The notes beneath the pieces were generated by a model. The model did no database searches, was not told the origin of the DNA, and was given only the letters and a program-made list of their open reading frames with translations. A stretch of 56,767 bases of DNA, from positions 1 through 56,767 of IMG/VR virus record IMGVR_UViG_3300036717_000095. One strand, written 5' to 3'. How positions within the stretch are numbered: position 1 is the first letter of the stretch; each line of letters begins with the position of its first letter. This stretch comes from a virus. Its lineage: Duplodnaviria; Caudoviricetes. The position numbers and the translations under genes are program-made. Shown piece after piece: positions 1-8,502 of this stretch.

Positions 1-93
1 GCCTCGGGTTCGATAGGTTTCAAGGACTGGCAAAACAAAACCGGACCTTACCAGAGCGTTGATCTGAAGATCGAACCGATTCACTTCACCTAA
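1..93 (+). CDS. 3' end of a truncated CDS (…ASGSIGFKDWQNKTGPYQSVDLKIEPIHFT*)
   Basis: Frame 1 is open from base 1 to TAA at 91-93, co-oriented with the downstream operon. Confidence 0.5.
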   Translation, partial: ASGSIGFKDWQNKTGPYQSVDLKIEPIHFT

Positions 94-148
94 CCGCAAC
101 GGCACGGGAGTCAACTATATAGTTCCCTTACAAAAGAGAGGCGGTCGA

Positions 149-745
149 ATGAGAGTAGGAATCGACATCGACGATTGTCTCGCGAATTTCACCGGTAGGT
201 TCGCTGAACTCGCTCGCGATAAATTCGGCAGACCACCTGCCGGTACAAAGCCTTCTGATTGGAATTGGTCTAACTTCGGGCTATCACCAGACCAAATTAA
301 AGACATCTGGGCTGACATCAAAAGCACTTATAATTTCTGGATGACGTTAGACCGGGAAGAAGGAGTGGCTGACAACCTAATTCGCAGACTGGATTGCTAT
401 CATACGGTCTTCTTCCCTACCGCACGGGATTCTACCAAGGGACTGTCGGTGACGAAACAGAGTGCGCGGTGGCTGGCAGATAACTACGGGATCTGGTTCC
501 CGACCGTCTTTGTATCCTCGGATAAAGAGGCCCTGGCGACAGCTCTTCAGTATGACTACTTCATCGATGACCGCCCCAAGAATTGTGTAGCCGTGAAACT
601 CGCTCTTCCCGACTGCAAAGTTTACTTGAAGAACTCCAGTCACAATGAGAATTGGACGGGACACTCGCTACTGTTTGAACCGATTCCAAGGCTACCAAGC
701 GTCAATGAGTTTTGTGACTTAATTTTAGGAGGGGGAGTTAACTAA
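149..745 (+). CDS. HAD-family 5'(3')-deoxyribonucleotidase (NT5C-like)
   Basis: N-terminal GIDIDDCLANF (DxD motif I), FPTAR (motif II), K...DYFIDDRPKN (motifs III/IV); SD GAGG upstream. Confidence 0.85.
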   Translation: MRVGIDIDDCLANFTGRFAELARDKFGRPPAGTKPSDWNWSNFGLSPDQIKDIWADIKSTYNFWMTLDREEGVADNLIRRLDCYHTVFFPTARDSTKGLSVTKQSARWLADNYGIWFPTVFVSSDKEALATALQYDYFIDDRPKNCVAVKLALPDCKVYLKNSSHNENWTGHSLLFEPIPRLPSVNEFCDLILGGGVN

Positions 746-1185
746 TGTCGGTGGCAACGGAGCCTGGGGGGCAACAATCATCTATCACGAACTGGGACGC
801 GGACGGCTTATGCGCTTTCTGCACGCCTGCGAAAAACAATGAACAGCAAATCCGCACCTTCGCGACAGGGGCCACGAGAAACGCCGACACGGACAAGATC
901 GACTATGAGGGTTTTCTCTGCCCTCGGGTCCTGCAAAGATTCGGTGAGTACATGCACTCTCACCGGAAACAGGCTGATGGAAATTTCAGAGAATCCGATA
1001 ATTGGCAAAAGGGCATACCAATCGACCAGTACCGGAAGTCTTTGATCCGACATGTCCACGATGTCTGGATGATTCAGCGCGGGTGGGCCGACTACGCCAC
1101 CACTATGGAGATTGAGGAAGCCCTTTGCGGGGTCATCTTCAACTCGATGGGAATGCTGCACGAGATCTCAAAAGGAGCCAAATGA
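745..1185 (+). CDS. DUF5664-like dATP/dGTP diphosphohydrolase domain protein
   Basis: TFATGATRN..D K DY, NWQKGIP..Y.KSLIRH pattern typical of this phage family; TAATG coupling to the upstream gene. Confidence 0.7.
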   Translation: MSVATEPGGQQSSITNWDADGLCAFCTPAKNNEQQIRTFATGATRNADTDKIDYEGFLCPRVLQRFGEYMHSHRKQADGNFRESDNWQKGIPIDQYRKSLIRHVHDVWMIQRGWADYATTMEIEEALCGVIFNSMGMLHEISKGAK

Positions 1186-1541
1186 CACTCACCTTCGACG
1201 ATTACCAGGACGAAGCCCTCAAAACCGCCGCCTATCCCCATGTCGAAGGGATTGGCGACCATAACCTGGTCTATCCGGCGATGGGGTTGGCTGGGGAAGC
1301 TGGCGAGTATCTGGATAAGGTCAAGAAGAACTGGCGCAATCACAACTCGATGACCGCTAGTAATCTTACTCAGGACCAACGAATGGAGTTCATTAAAGAA
1401 CTCGGCGATGCTCTTTGGTATCTCGCGGCTTCCGCGCACGAGCTGGGAACCTCTCTAGCTTTTGTAGCGCATACGAACATCGAGAAGCTTGCAGACCGGT
1501 ACTCTCGCGGTGTTATCAAAGGGATAGGAGATAATCGATGA
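1182..1541 (+). CDS. MazG-like nucleoside triphosphate pyrophosphohydrolase
   Basis: FDDYQ..A.KTA.YP, GLAGEAGE..DKVKK, KELGDALWY, NIEKL.DR; start moved to ATG 1182 (SD AAGGAG). Confidence 0.9.
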   Translation: MTLTFDDYQDEALKTAAYPHVEGIGDHNLVYPAMGLAGEAGEYLDKVKKNWRNHNSMTASNLTQDQRMEFIKELGDALWYLAASAHELGTSLAFVAHTNIEKLADRYSRGVIKGIGDNR

Positions 1542-2122
1542 TTGAGAAAGAACCGAGTAAAGAGTCCGGGTTGAAGGATTTCAACTTGGATTACGCGGAA
1601 TTTCTGGTGAAGTTTGGGAACGAGAAACTCCGGGAGTTCTTCCTCCAGGGGGCGATCAATGAACAGGCTCTGGCTTTTACCTTGCACTCTTTGAACTACA
1701 TCAACTCGTTGGGTAACGACCCCATCAAAATAACCATGCACACTTACGGGGGTGGGATCAACGAAGGCATGGCGATCTACGACCATATCAAAGGCTTAGG
1801 CAAGAAAACCCCGATCGACATAACGGCGACCGGGGCCTGCATGAGCATGGGGATTATTATTCTTCAGGCGGCTCGAAAAAGATACGCCACGCCGAACGTG
1901 TGTTTCATGCTGCACCAGCTCAGAGGAAGTAACGAAGGGAATCTCGGGCAGCAAAGAGATCAGTACCAACACATGGAAAAACTGCAGGCCAAAATGAATA
2001 TCATCTTGGCGCAACGCACGAAAAAGGCTGTGAAACAGATCGACAAACTGATCGACCGCAAGGACTACTTCATCGGGGCCGAAGAGGCGCTGAAGATGAA
2101 TCTGATCGATGCGATCGTGTAG
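1538..2122 (+). CDS. ClpP-like (S14) serine protease
   Basis: HTYGG.I.EG.AIYD, GACMSMG (catalytic Ser), FMLHQ (His), RKDYF..AEEA...LID (Asp). Confidence 0.85.
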   Translation: MIEKEPSKESGLKDFNLDYAEFLVKFGNEKLREFFLQGAINEQALAFTLHSLNYINSLGNDPIKITMHTYGGGINEGMAIYDHIKGLGKKTPIDITATGACMSMGIIILQAARKRYATPNVCFMLHQLRGSNEGNLGQQRDQYQHMEKLQAKMNIILAQRTKKAVKQIDKLIDRKDYFIGAEEALKMNLIDAIV

Positions 2123-2155
2123 AATGAGACCGAGCACGCGGAGGATCGGGAGACA

Positions 2156-2326
2156 ATGGCCATCCGTACTATCCACGAGTCCGACGACGCCCTAACCATC
2201 GAGATCACACTCGCCGCGCTGGAGGAGATCAAGAGAGTGGAAAGGAGGCTCGGCATGTGGTTCGGCATCTCAATCGCAATGACCGTGGCCGGGATTGTGG
2301 CGTTTGCCTTTCTCGTGTTATACTGA
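2156..2326 (+). CDS. small 56-aa membrane protein (not in ORF track)
   Basis: MAIRTIHESDDALTIEITLAALEEIKRVERRLGMWFGISIAMTVAGIVAFAFLVLY*; SD GGGAG; C-terminal hydrophobic helix. Confidence 0.6.
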   Translation: MAIRTIHESDDALTIEITLAALEEIKRVERRLGMWFGISIAMTVAGIVAFAFLVLY

Positions 2327-2357
2327 CTTCATGCTTGTATAGAAGTGGCGCAACAAA

Positions 2358-2400
2358 AGAAAAACCCAATCACCTCGTCCATGGGTGATTGGGTTTTTCT
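2358..2400. terminator. bidirectional intrinsic terminator
   Basis: Perfect 17-bp inverted repeat AGAAAAACCCAATCACC / GGTGATTGGGTTTTTCT with a 9-nt loop and A/T tracts on both sides, between convergent operons. Confidence 0.85.
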
Positions 2401-2432
2401 ATTGACAACTTTCTTGTATCGAAATGTAGCAG

Positions 2433-2473
2433 CCCACCGCTGGTTCGTCCGAGGGGACGGCGGTGGGGTTTTT
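2433..2473. terminator. second GC-rich hairpin/terminator
   Basis: CCCACCGCTG...GTCC-GAGG-GGAC...GGCGGTGGG followed by GTTTTT; abuts the stop of the 730-aa gene. Confidence 0.55.
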
Positions 2474-4664
2474 ATTGGGTTACGCCTTGGTCTCCTTCAA
2501 AAGCTCGATGCGCTCTGACAAAATCTAAATCTTCTGGGTGATCGTAGGTTTGCCGGGAATCACTTGCGCTAGCTTTCTCTACTGCGTTTGCCAAATCCGC
2601 TCCGATTTGTTGGACTTGTGGTTTTCCTGCGGCATCCATAGCTTTCACTATCAAATTACGAATGACAGGATTAGCCAACCATCTCGGGTTAATGTTGATG
2701 CTGGTCGCCCCTCCCAATGACACCGCAAGGTACCCAAGCCCTTCCTGTCTTTCCATGCTCTTTTCCGCATCGCTGCCAGAACCTGTTGCAGATTTCCACA
2801 ACAGATGTACTCCGTAAGCGGCAGGAGCCACGGTCGGCAAGGAAAGAATAGCCCTGCCCGCGATACCCCTCGCCTCTTGAGCGTACTGGGCATCGGTTAC
2901 AGCTTGTTGAGTTTGTTCGATGTTCTTGATTGATTTATTGAAGAACTCCTGGACTTCTGGCAGTTCTGGGCCAAACAATTGCTCCTTGACTCCATCACTC
3001 ATGTTGGCCCATTTATTGAACAGTTTCGACGGGTTGAGACTTTCGTCCGCGTTCTTCGAATCCGCGAACAACTTGTTGAATAAACCGCCGCGAACCGGCT
3101 TCATGTTCTCTCCGCCAATTAGCGAACCCAGGTTTTTCACGTTCTCGATTTTCTCACCGGACATGAGAATATCGGCGATCGAATCTGGATGGGCTTTTGC
3201 CAACCGCGTAATCGCTTTGGTTTGCCAGAGAGTAACTTTCTGGAAATAATCATCGCGAATCTTATCCAAAGACGTGGCTAACTCCGGCTTGCCCGCGTTT
3301 GTTGCGGATTGGGTAAACGTGTCATCAATGCCGTCTCTCAGTTCGGATAAAATATGTTTGACAGCATAATTATCATCCGGCAACTCACGGATCTGCTCAC
3401 CGATGTTTCTACGAGTCGCTTCCATTTCGTCCCAGGTGTACTGGGCTTTCATGCCTCCCTTGGCGGGCTCTTTCGCACTGCCAATGCCAAAGCGTTTCAG
3501 TATACCGTCGATTGCTTCTTTCTTGCCAGGTTGTAACTTATCTAGTTCTTCTTTAATCTCGGGCGGTATCTTACTATCTCCTTGTAAAGCAAGGGCTTTC
3601 TTTTGAACAGGGCTTCCGTCCCATACAAAGGGTACACCCTTGGCATCTTGCAGGGTCTTACTCATTTGCTGGTCAAAGTTGGATTGGGTTTCGTTAATAG
3701 CATCTTTGATTGACGCTTTGACATTCTCTGTAAGTTCGGGTTGAGTTCCTCCCGGCTCGTGGCCTAACTTTTCGGCTAATGTCCGACCTTCAGCAAGTAT
3801 AGCCTTCCCTGCCCCCTTGGCAGTAGCTTCCGCTTCTTCTAGCTCTGGTCCTTTGGTCAGAAAATTTCTGACCGTAGCTGTTCCTACGGACCCCGCAGCA
3901 CCGAGAATACCTAATACAGCGCTTACCGTGCCTGTCTTCTTGAAATCATCCCAAGCTTTATCCATATCACCGGTCTGTTCAAAACGTTGACCGGCACTGA
4001 TTCCAGCCTGCCGTAAGGTGGTTAAACCGAAATTGGCAATGTCCGCAATAACTTTGTTTTTCTTCAGAAATTCTGCAGTCTCTGCTAATTTTTTGAACTT
4101 TGCGTTAGCTCCTAGTACGCTATTCGCACGCTCGAATTCAAGGATGTTTTCTCCGGCCTGACCGAGCCACTCCCCGAAATTCTGGGAATCTAACGAACCT
4201 TTTGGAAAACCCCAGTCTTGCTCTGTCTCTTGAGGTATCGGTTTAATCGCGGCACCGAGGTGGTGTTGTTCCAACCAGTCTTGATGCTCCTTCGTGAGGC
4301 TGTTTCTAACCAAGCTGTGAATCTTATCATCTACAGAGTTTAACCGGTTGTTGACACCGATCGCGCCTTTCATGAACTGCTGGGTAAAGCCAGTTGCAAG
4401 ATCTAAAGCTGGTTTCGCCCACTTCTCACCTGGAAGATCGCTTTCCTGCGGACGAGCGGGGGAAACTGGCTGAGGGCGCGGAGGCAACGCCGAGGATATA
4501 GTTGGTTTAGACGGATCAGTGCCTACTAGTTCCGCTCCAGGGGGCAGGTTACTGTACTGAGGAGGCGGACTTTGCGAAGACACCGGTCCTGGTGCCCCTT
4601 GGGAAGGGTTAGGTTTGGTAGGATCAGATACAAGCTCGGCACCAGGTGGTAGATTATCAATCAT
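2472..4664 (-). CDS. putative internal virion/ejection protein (730 aa)
   Basis: Last gene of the virion operon; helical, Ala/Lys/Glu-rich; duplicated N-terminal NLPPGAELV motif; C-terminal hydrophobic segments; position equivalent to podoviral large DNA-transfer proteins. Confidence 0.55.
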   Translation of the reverse strand: MIDNLPPGAELVSDPTKPNPSQGAPGPVSSQSPPPQYSNLPPGAELVGTDPSKPTISSALPPRPQPVSPARPQESDLPGEKWAKPALDLATGFTQQFMKGAIGVNNRLNSVDDKIHSLVRNSLTKEHQDWLEQHHLGAAIKPIPQETEQDWGFPKGSLDSQNFGEWLGQAGENILEFERANSVLGANAKFKKLAETAEFLKKNKVIADIANFGLTTLRQAGISAGQRFEQTGDMDKAWDDFKKTGTVSAVLGILGAAGSVGTATVRNFLTKGPELEEAEATAKGAGKAILAEGRTLAEKLGHEPGGTQPELTENVKASIKDAINETQSNFDQQMSKTLQDAKGVPFVWDGSPVQKKALALQGDSKIPPEIKEELDKLQPGKKEAIDGILKRFGIGSAKEPAKGGMKAQYTWDEMEATRRNIGEQIRELPDDNYAVKHILSELRDGIDDTFTQSATNAGKPELATSLDKIRDDYFQKVTLWQTKAITRLAKAHPDSIADILMSGEKIENVKNLGSLIGGENMKPVRGGLFNKLFADSKNADESLNPSKLFNKWANMSDGVKEQLFGPELPEVQEFFNKSIKNIEQTQQAVTDAQYAQEARGIAGRAILSLPTVAPAAYGVHLLWKSATGSGSDAEKSMERQEGLGYLAVSLGGATSININPRWLANPVIRNLIVKAMDAAGKPQVQQIGADLANAVEKASASDSRQTYDHPEDLDFVRAHRAFEGDQGVTQ

Positions 4665-6641
4665 TTATTTGGGTTCTTCAATCGGGTCCCAACTATGCCC
4701 GGAGTCTCTAGAAACGAACCATTGATTCGTTTGTTTGTTTCTAGCATATTGAGGTTTCAAACGATTGAGAGTTGCTGAGGAATTAGGATCTATAATTCCA
4801 TCCGGATGTCTGCCCTTGATTCCGTAGTAATGGGCATCCAGCGCTTCGGCTTTGGAGTTCATCAAAGCAGCGTAGGTTGGGATAACACCAGCGTTGATAA
4901 GCTGGTCAGGAGAATCATAGGAGGCGAGAGTTTGTTCGATACGGCTAGCCTCCTGCTGATCGACGGCTGCGTTTTTGAAGGTCTTACCGATCTCACCCAC
5001 TAAGGCTTCCCGAATCGAATCGAAATTAGGTTTTACGTTTTGGCCTGTTTGCACACTCAACCACTGTTTGATTTTGTTGACTTGTTGAATATCATTCGTT
5101 TTCAGAGCCACCGCAGCATCGTGCAGCATACCTAAATGAGAAATAGCAGTGTTGTATGCGATCGCGTTTCCGCCAGCGGTATTATTCCGGGTGGAACCGT
5201 ATTCTTTCTCCATGTTCTTGATTTCATCGAACTTGTTTTCGTCGAAGTTCGGGTTGATGAATCTTCTAATGAAATCTGTGGCTTGGGAGGCAGTCATTTG
5301 CCCAGTGGTACCACGCCGGTTCCAAGTGGGATAGTTTTTACTAAGACTAGCATCATAGTGCCCGATCGCGTACAAAGTTGAAAATGTCTGCGGCAGTATC
5401 TGATTTTGTGAGGCGTATTGCTGCCGAAGTTCGGCCTCGCTCTTGGTTAGAACCGTAGGATCAGCCACGAAATTCTGGGAGAGAGGAACGGATAGCTGTT
5501 GTATCGCTTTACGTTCGTCTTGCTTTAGAGTAGCCCCCTCGTTCTCTTCTCGGGCAAGAGCTTTCATGTGCAGATGCTCGTCGTGGTCTTTCTGCTCCTT
5601 CACTTGTTTGTTGGTAGCCGCATCGTACTGGGCGTTCAAAGCGTTAACCTGAGACACATCCAAGGGCTGGCCTACCTTGAGGTTTGAAAAGCCAGGGACA
5701 GTTTTATCCATCCCGGCACCAACATATCGATCATAGACTGCTTGGGTAAGAGGTATTTTACCCCGAGGGTCTTTATCGGGATAGAAAGCGTCATAGATCA
5801 ACTTGTAGAGAGGATTACCATTTTCATCTTTTTCCTTTTTACCCTTGTTATCAAGAACGGGTGCAACCCCTACAGGTCTCCATTGGTAAGACTTAGACTC
5901 CGGGTTGTCTTTCCATATCTTAGGGATCTCGCGATCATCCACATTTTGATATGGAATCGGGATTCCTGCTTTCTGGAACATATCTTCAAAAGCTTTACCC
6001 GCCGCAGATTGTTCCTGCGCCTGGTCGTACTGACCTTTGCTTATCATGGAATGCAAGTGTAATTGCTGGGTGTTGAGCATCGCGGTATCCTCTTTGTATT
6101 TTTCAATTTCTGCGTCCGCAACCTTACCTTCCCGATCTGCCTGTTGCTGCTCCCTCTGCTCTTTCTGCTGCTTCAACTGGTTCTCGAACATTTGCTGTTG
6201 AGGAGCCCGGAGTCTCTCCTGTTGAGAAACTCCCGCTTGCACACCCAACCCAAAACCGCCTGTAAAGTTGTGGGATTGCCCGCCTGCAGCTCCCCCGAGG
6301 ATCGCCCCGGCAAGGAGGCTGCGGAACATCTGACCCGGCTTTTGAGGAGTGTTTCCAGCGAGGAAATTGAATGCAGCGCCATGGGCTGCGTCTCGGGCAA
6401 GACCTGCCTTGGCTTGCTGTTGTTGAACTTGTTGAGCTGCCATCGCGTTCTGGGCGGCTTGGGCCGCTCCAGGATTTGAAACTGCGGGCAGATTCGACAC
6501 ATTAGGCGCGTCCGGGAGAACGCCGGGGGTACCGGGAGGAGGTGCCATGGGAGGACCCTGGGGAGTGCCGGAAGGCATCGCGGCATTCGCGGCATCGGTG
6601 CCTGTAATATCGGGGGCGGGAGCGTTCTGCTCTGGAGGCAT
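4665..6641 (-). CDS. putative ejection/DNA-transfer protein (658 aa)
   Basis: Pro-rich N-terminus, Gly/Ala hydrophobic stretch (LLAGAILGGAAGG), Gln-rich coiled coil; synteny with the podoviral ejection cassette. Confidence 0.55.
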   Translation of the reverse strand: MPPEQNAPAPDITGTDAANAAMPSGTPQGPPMAPPPGTPGVLPDAPNVSNLPAVSNPGAAQAAQNAMAAQQVQQQQAKAGLARDAAHGAAFNFLAGNTPQKPGQMFRSLLAGAILGGAAGGQSHNFTGGFGLGVQAGVSQQERLRAPQQQMFENQLKQQKEQREQQQADREGKVADAEIEKYKEDTAMLNTQQLHLHSMISKGQYDQAQEQSAAGKAFEDMFQKAGIPIPYQNVDDREIPKIWKDNPESKSYQWRPVGVAPVLDNKGKKEKDENGNPLYKLIYDAFYPDKDPRGKIPLTQAVYDRYVGAGMDKTVPGFSNLKVGQPLDVSQVNALNAQYDAATNKQVKEQKDHDEHLHMKALAREENEGATLKQDERKAIQQLSVPLSQNFVADPTVLTKSEAELRQQYASQNQILPQTFSTLYAIGHYDASLSKNYPTWNRRGTTGQMTASQATDFIRRFINPNFDENKFDEIKNMEKEYGSTRNNTAGGNAIAYNTAISHLGMLHDAAVALKTNDIQQVNKIKQWLSVQTGQNVKPNFDSIREALVGEIGKTFKNAAVDQQEASRIEQTLASYDSPDQLINAGVIPTYAALMNSKAEALDAHYYGIKGRHPDGIIDPNSSATLNRLKPQYARNKQTNQWFVSRDSGHSWDPIEEPK

Positions 6642-6644
6642 CTT

Positions 6645-7031
6645 TTATCCTGTGACGAAGTAACTCAGCGGAGTAGTGGGTTTGATCTCCGCATCTTTCA
6701 AAGCCCTACGGAGGAAAGAGACGATGGTAGAGATCCCACCAGGCTCCTTCACGCCGTAGACTCCGAGTAGTTGGGTTAAGGAGGATTCGGGGGTAAGTCC
6801 GGCCCGACTCTTGCCGGTGATCTTGAGTTCGATGTCGAACAAGCCCGCCTTGTATCCGCTGAGATACGAACTGAACACACGTCTTCCCAGCTCGTCAGTC
6901 TCATGTTTGCCTGGACGAGCGAAAGAACGGATTAGAAGAGGATTGCGTAGACGATAGGCAGGGGAATCCGGATCGCCTGATCCGTTCGCTCTGCCTATCG
7001 AGTCTACCAGTGCTTCCAGTTTGTTGACCAT
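6645..7031 (-). CDS. virion-associated protein, possibly lysozyme-like (NNPGN-type) fold
   Basis: AYRLRNPLLIR...GRRVFSS..SGYKA...LTQLLGVY resembles the 'RNNPGNIR...F.S...G..A...I..Y' phage family; start set at MVNKL. Confidence 0.4.
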   Translation of the reverse strand: MVNKLEALVDSIGRANGSGDPDSPAYRLRNPLLIRSFARPGKHETDELGRRVFSSYLSGYKAGLFDIELKITGKSRAGLTPESSLTQLLGVYGVKEPGGISTIVSFLRRALKDAEIKPTTPLSYFVTG

Positions 7032-7035
7032 GTTT

Positions 7036-7653
7036 TTATGTGTGTACAAGGCCAGGGTTTCCAATAGCAGCGCTAGCCATTCCGCCGAGAGACCCAGCGA
7101 CCATTCCTATCCAGGCGTTACTCATTTGCTGATTTTCAGCAGCAGATTGGTAGGCAGACGATCCGCTTTGATTAGCGGAACTGGAATAACCGGTGGGGTT
7201 GTATGCGCTAGCTACAGAACCAAGGGCATTCGCAGCAGCGAGGTAGTTCTGAGTTCCTTGAGCGTATCCTTGCTGGGTAATGTTGAGTTGCTGTTGGGAC
7301 TGAAGTTCTGCCGCCTGACTTGCTACTTGTGCTTGAATCTGTTCGGAAGTTCCGGAGGGTAGAACTGCATTCCCTCCACCACGGGCCGCGATCTGCTCGT
7401 TCACCGCTTTCGCGGCGTTCTGGTAATCCGCTCCCGTTGTGTTTGTGGCCAAAGACTGAAGAGCCTGATTCTCCTGCGGACTGTAGCCGTATTGATTGAT
7501 ACCGGCCTTCAGAACGGGGTCCCAAGCTTGCTGCAGTTGGCCTAGAACTTGTTGATTCTGGGCGAACGTCTGGGAATAATCCTGGGTCATCGTCTGGTAG
7601 AACTGGGCTTGTTCCGAAGCCAATTGCTGCTGCTGCGCCGAGGGTCCGCCCAT
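7036..7653 (-). CDS. small ejection/DNA-transfer protein (P22 gp7-like position)
   Basis: MGGPS start, Gln/Ala-rich, C-terminal GMVAGSLGGMASAAIG hydrophobic Gly-Ala tail. Confidence 0.6.
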   Translation of the reverse strand: MGGPSAQQQQLASEQAQFYQTMTQDYSQTFAQNQQVLGQLQQAWDPVLKAGINQYGYSPQENQALQSLATNTTGADYQNAAKAVNEQIAARGGGNAVLPSGTSEQIQAQVASQAAELQSQQQLNITQQGYAQGTQNYLAAANALGSVASAYNPTGYSSSANQSGSSAYQSAAENQQMSNAWIGMVAGSLGGMASAAIGNPGLVHT

Positions 7654-7657
7654 GAAA

Positions 7658-8065
7658 TTAAGCTCCTAGAGAAAGAAAGTAGTGATCTGGCACAAATGGA
7701 ATGTGTTTGAAGCCAAGTTTCCTTCGGCAGAGAGTAACTAGAGGCCGGGAAACGCTATCCATCTGGATTTCCTTGAACCCAGATTTACGGGCGTTCTCCT
7801 TGACTACAGGGAATCCCTGGACGATGGTTTGAGTGTTCCGTTTAGGGTCGTGGGATATGAACTGAAGGAAGAGGTAGAGGGTCTCTTGTCGAGGCTGCAT
7901 CCGAAGGACACAGACGAACCCCTGATCGTCAGAGACTATCATGGACATTCCGCTAGGGTGGTAGAAAAACTCCGGTTTAAGCCACTCCCGGTGAAAAGGC
8001 TCTTCCTGAATCGCCGATTTCACAAGAGGCAGGTGTTGGGGAGTAAGTGACTGAAATTTCACCAT
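7658..8065 (-). CDS. GNAT-fold-like protein preceding the ejection cassette
   Basis: 135 aa; ...ARKSGFKEI.MDS.S..LV....KLGF pattern; position like P22 gp14 / T7 gp13-type proteins. Confidence 0.45.
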   Translation of the reverse strand: MVKFQSLTPQHLPLVKSAIQEEPFHREWLKPEFFYHPSGMSMIVSDDQGFVCVLRMQPRQETLYLFLQFISHDPKRNTQTIVQGFPVVKENARKSGFKEIQMDSVSRPLVTLCRRKLGFKHIPFVPDHYFLSLGA

Positions 8066-8501
8066 CGAAGAGTTCCAGTGTTTGTGTTCCTTTCGCCACG
8101 GAGAGAGCTACCACAAGACACGCTCCATGACTCAAACCACAGGGCAGGCAGATCAGATTCAAAAGACGATCGCCGAACATTTGTTCGAGTTGTAACATTG
8201 CGTCAAACTCTGTGAGTTTGTGACCGTAGAACTTCCAGTAAGTACGTAACTCATCTTTGATGGGATCGAGAAACGCTTGCGCTTTGGTCGTGATGGTCAA
8301 CGGAGAGTTCTGCGTGCCAACTTTGTTTGCGATAGCTTCTGAAACTGCACGTCTCATCTGGAATTCCCACATGGTGTTTACCTTGGTTTCAAGAGCCCCA
8401 AATCTTGAGGAGATCTTGATGAGATTCAAAATGCCAGCGCACAGAATTGCCAGCACTGGAATCAGATCGATTGCACGCGAATACACTAGGTTCCAAGGCA
8501 C
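7977..8501 (-). CDS. membrane protein, N-terminal TM helix (holin-like candidate)
   Basis: LIPVLAILCAGILNLI hydrophobic helix followed by RFGALETKVNTMW; starts right after the stop of the tail gene. Confidence 0.5.
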   Translation of the reverse strand: MPWNLVYSRAIDLIPVLAILCAGILNLIKISSRFGALETKVNTMWEFQMRRAVSEAIANKVGTQNSPLTITTKAQAFLDPIKDELRTYWKFYGHKLTEFDAMLQLEQMFGDRLLNLICLPCGLSHGACLVVALSVAKGTQTLELFDGEISVTYSPTPASCEIGDSGRAFSPGVA

Positions 8502-8502
8502 A

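Noticed and set aside
1538-2122. ClpP-like gene as the prohead maturation protease
   Set aside because: It is on the opposite strand and far from the portal/scaffold/capsid genes, and the head module has a separate scaffold
2334-2426. CTTGTATAGAAGTG / CTTGTATCGAAATG imperfect repeat flanking the terminator
   Set aside because: Too short and degenerate to call a target-site duplication
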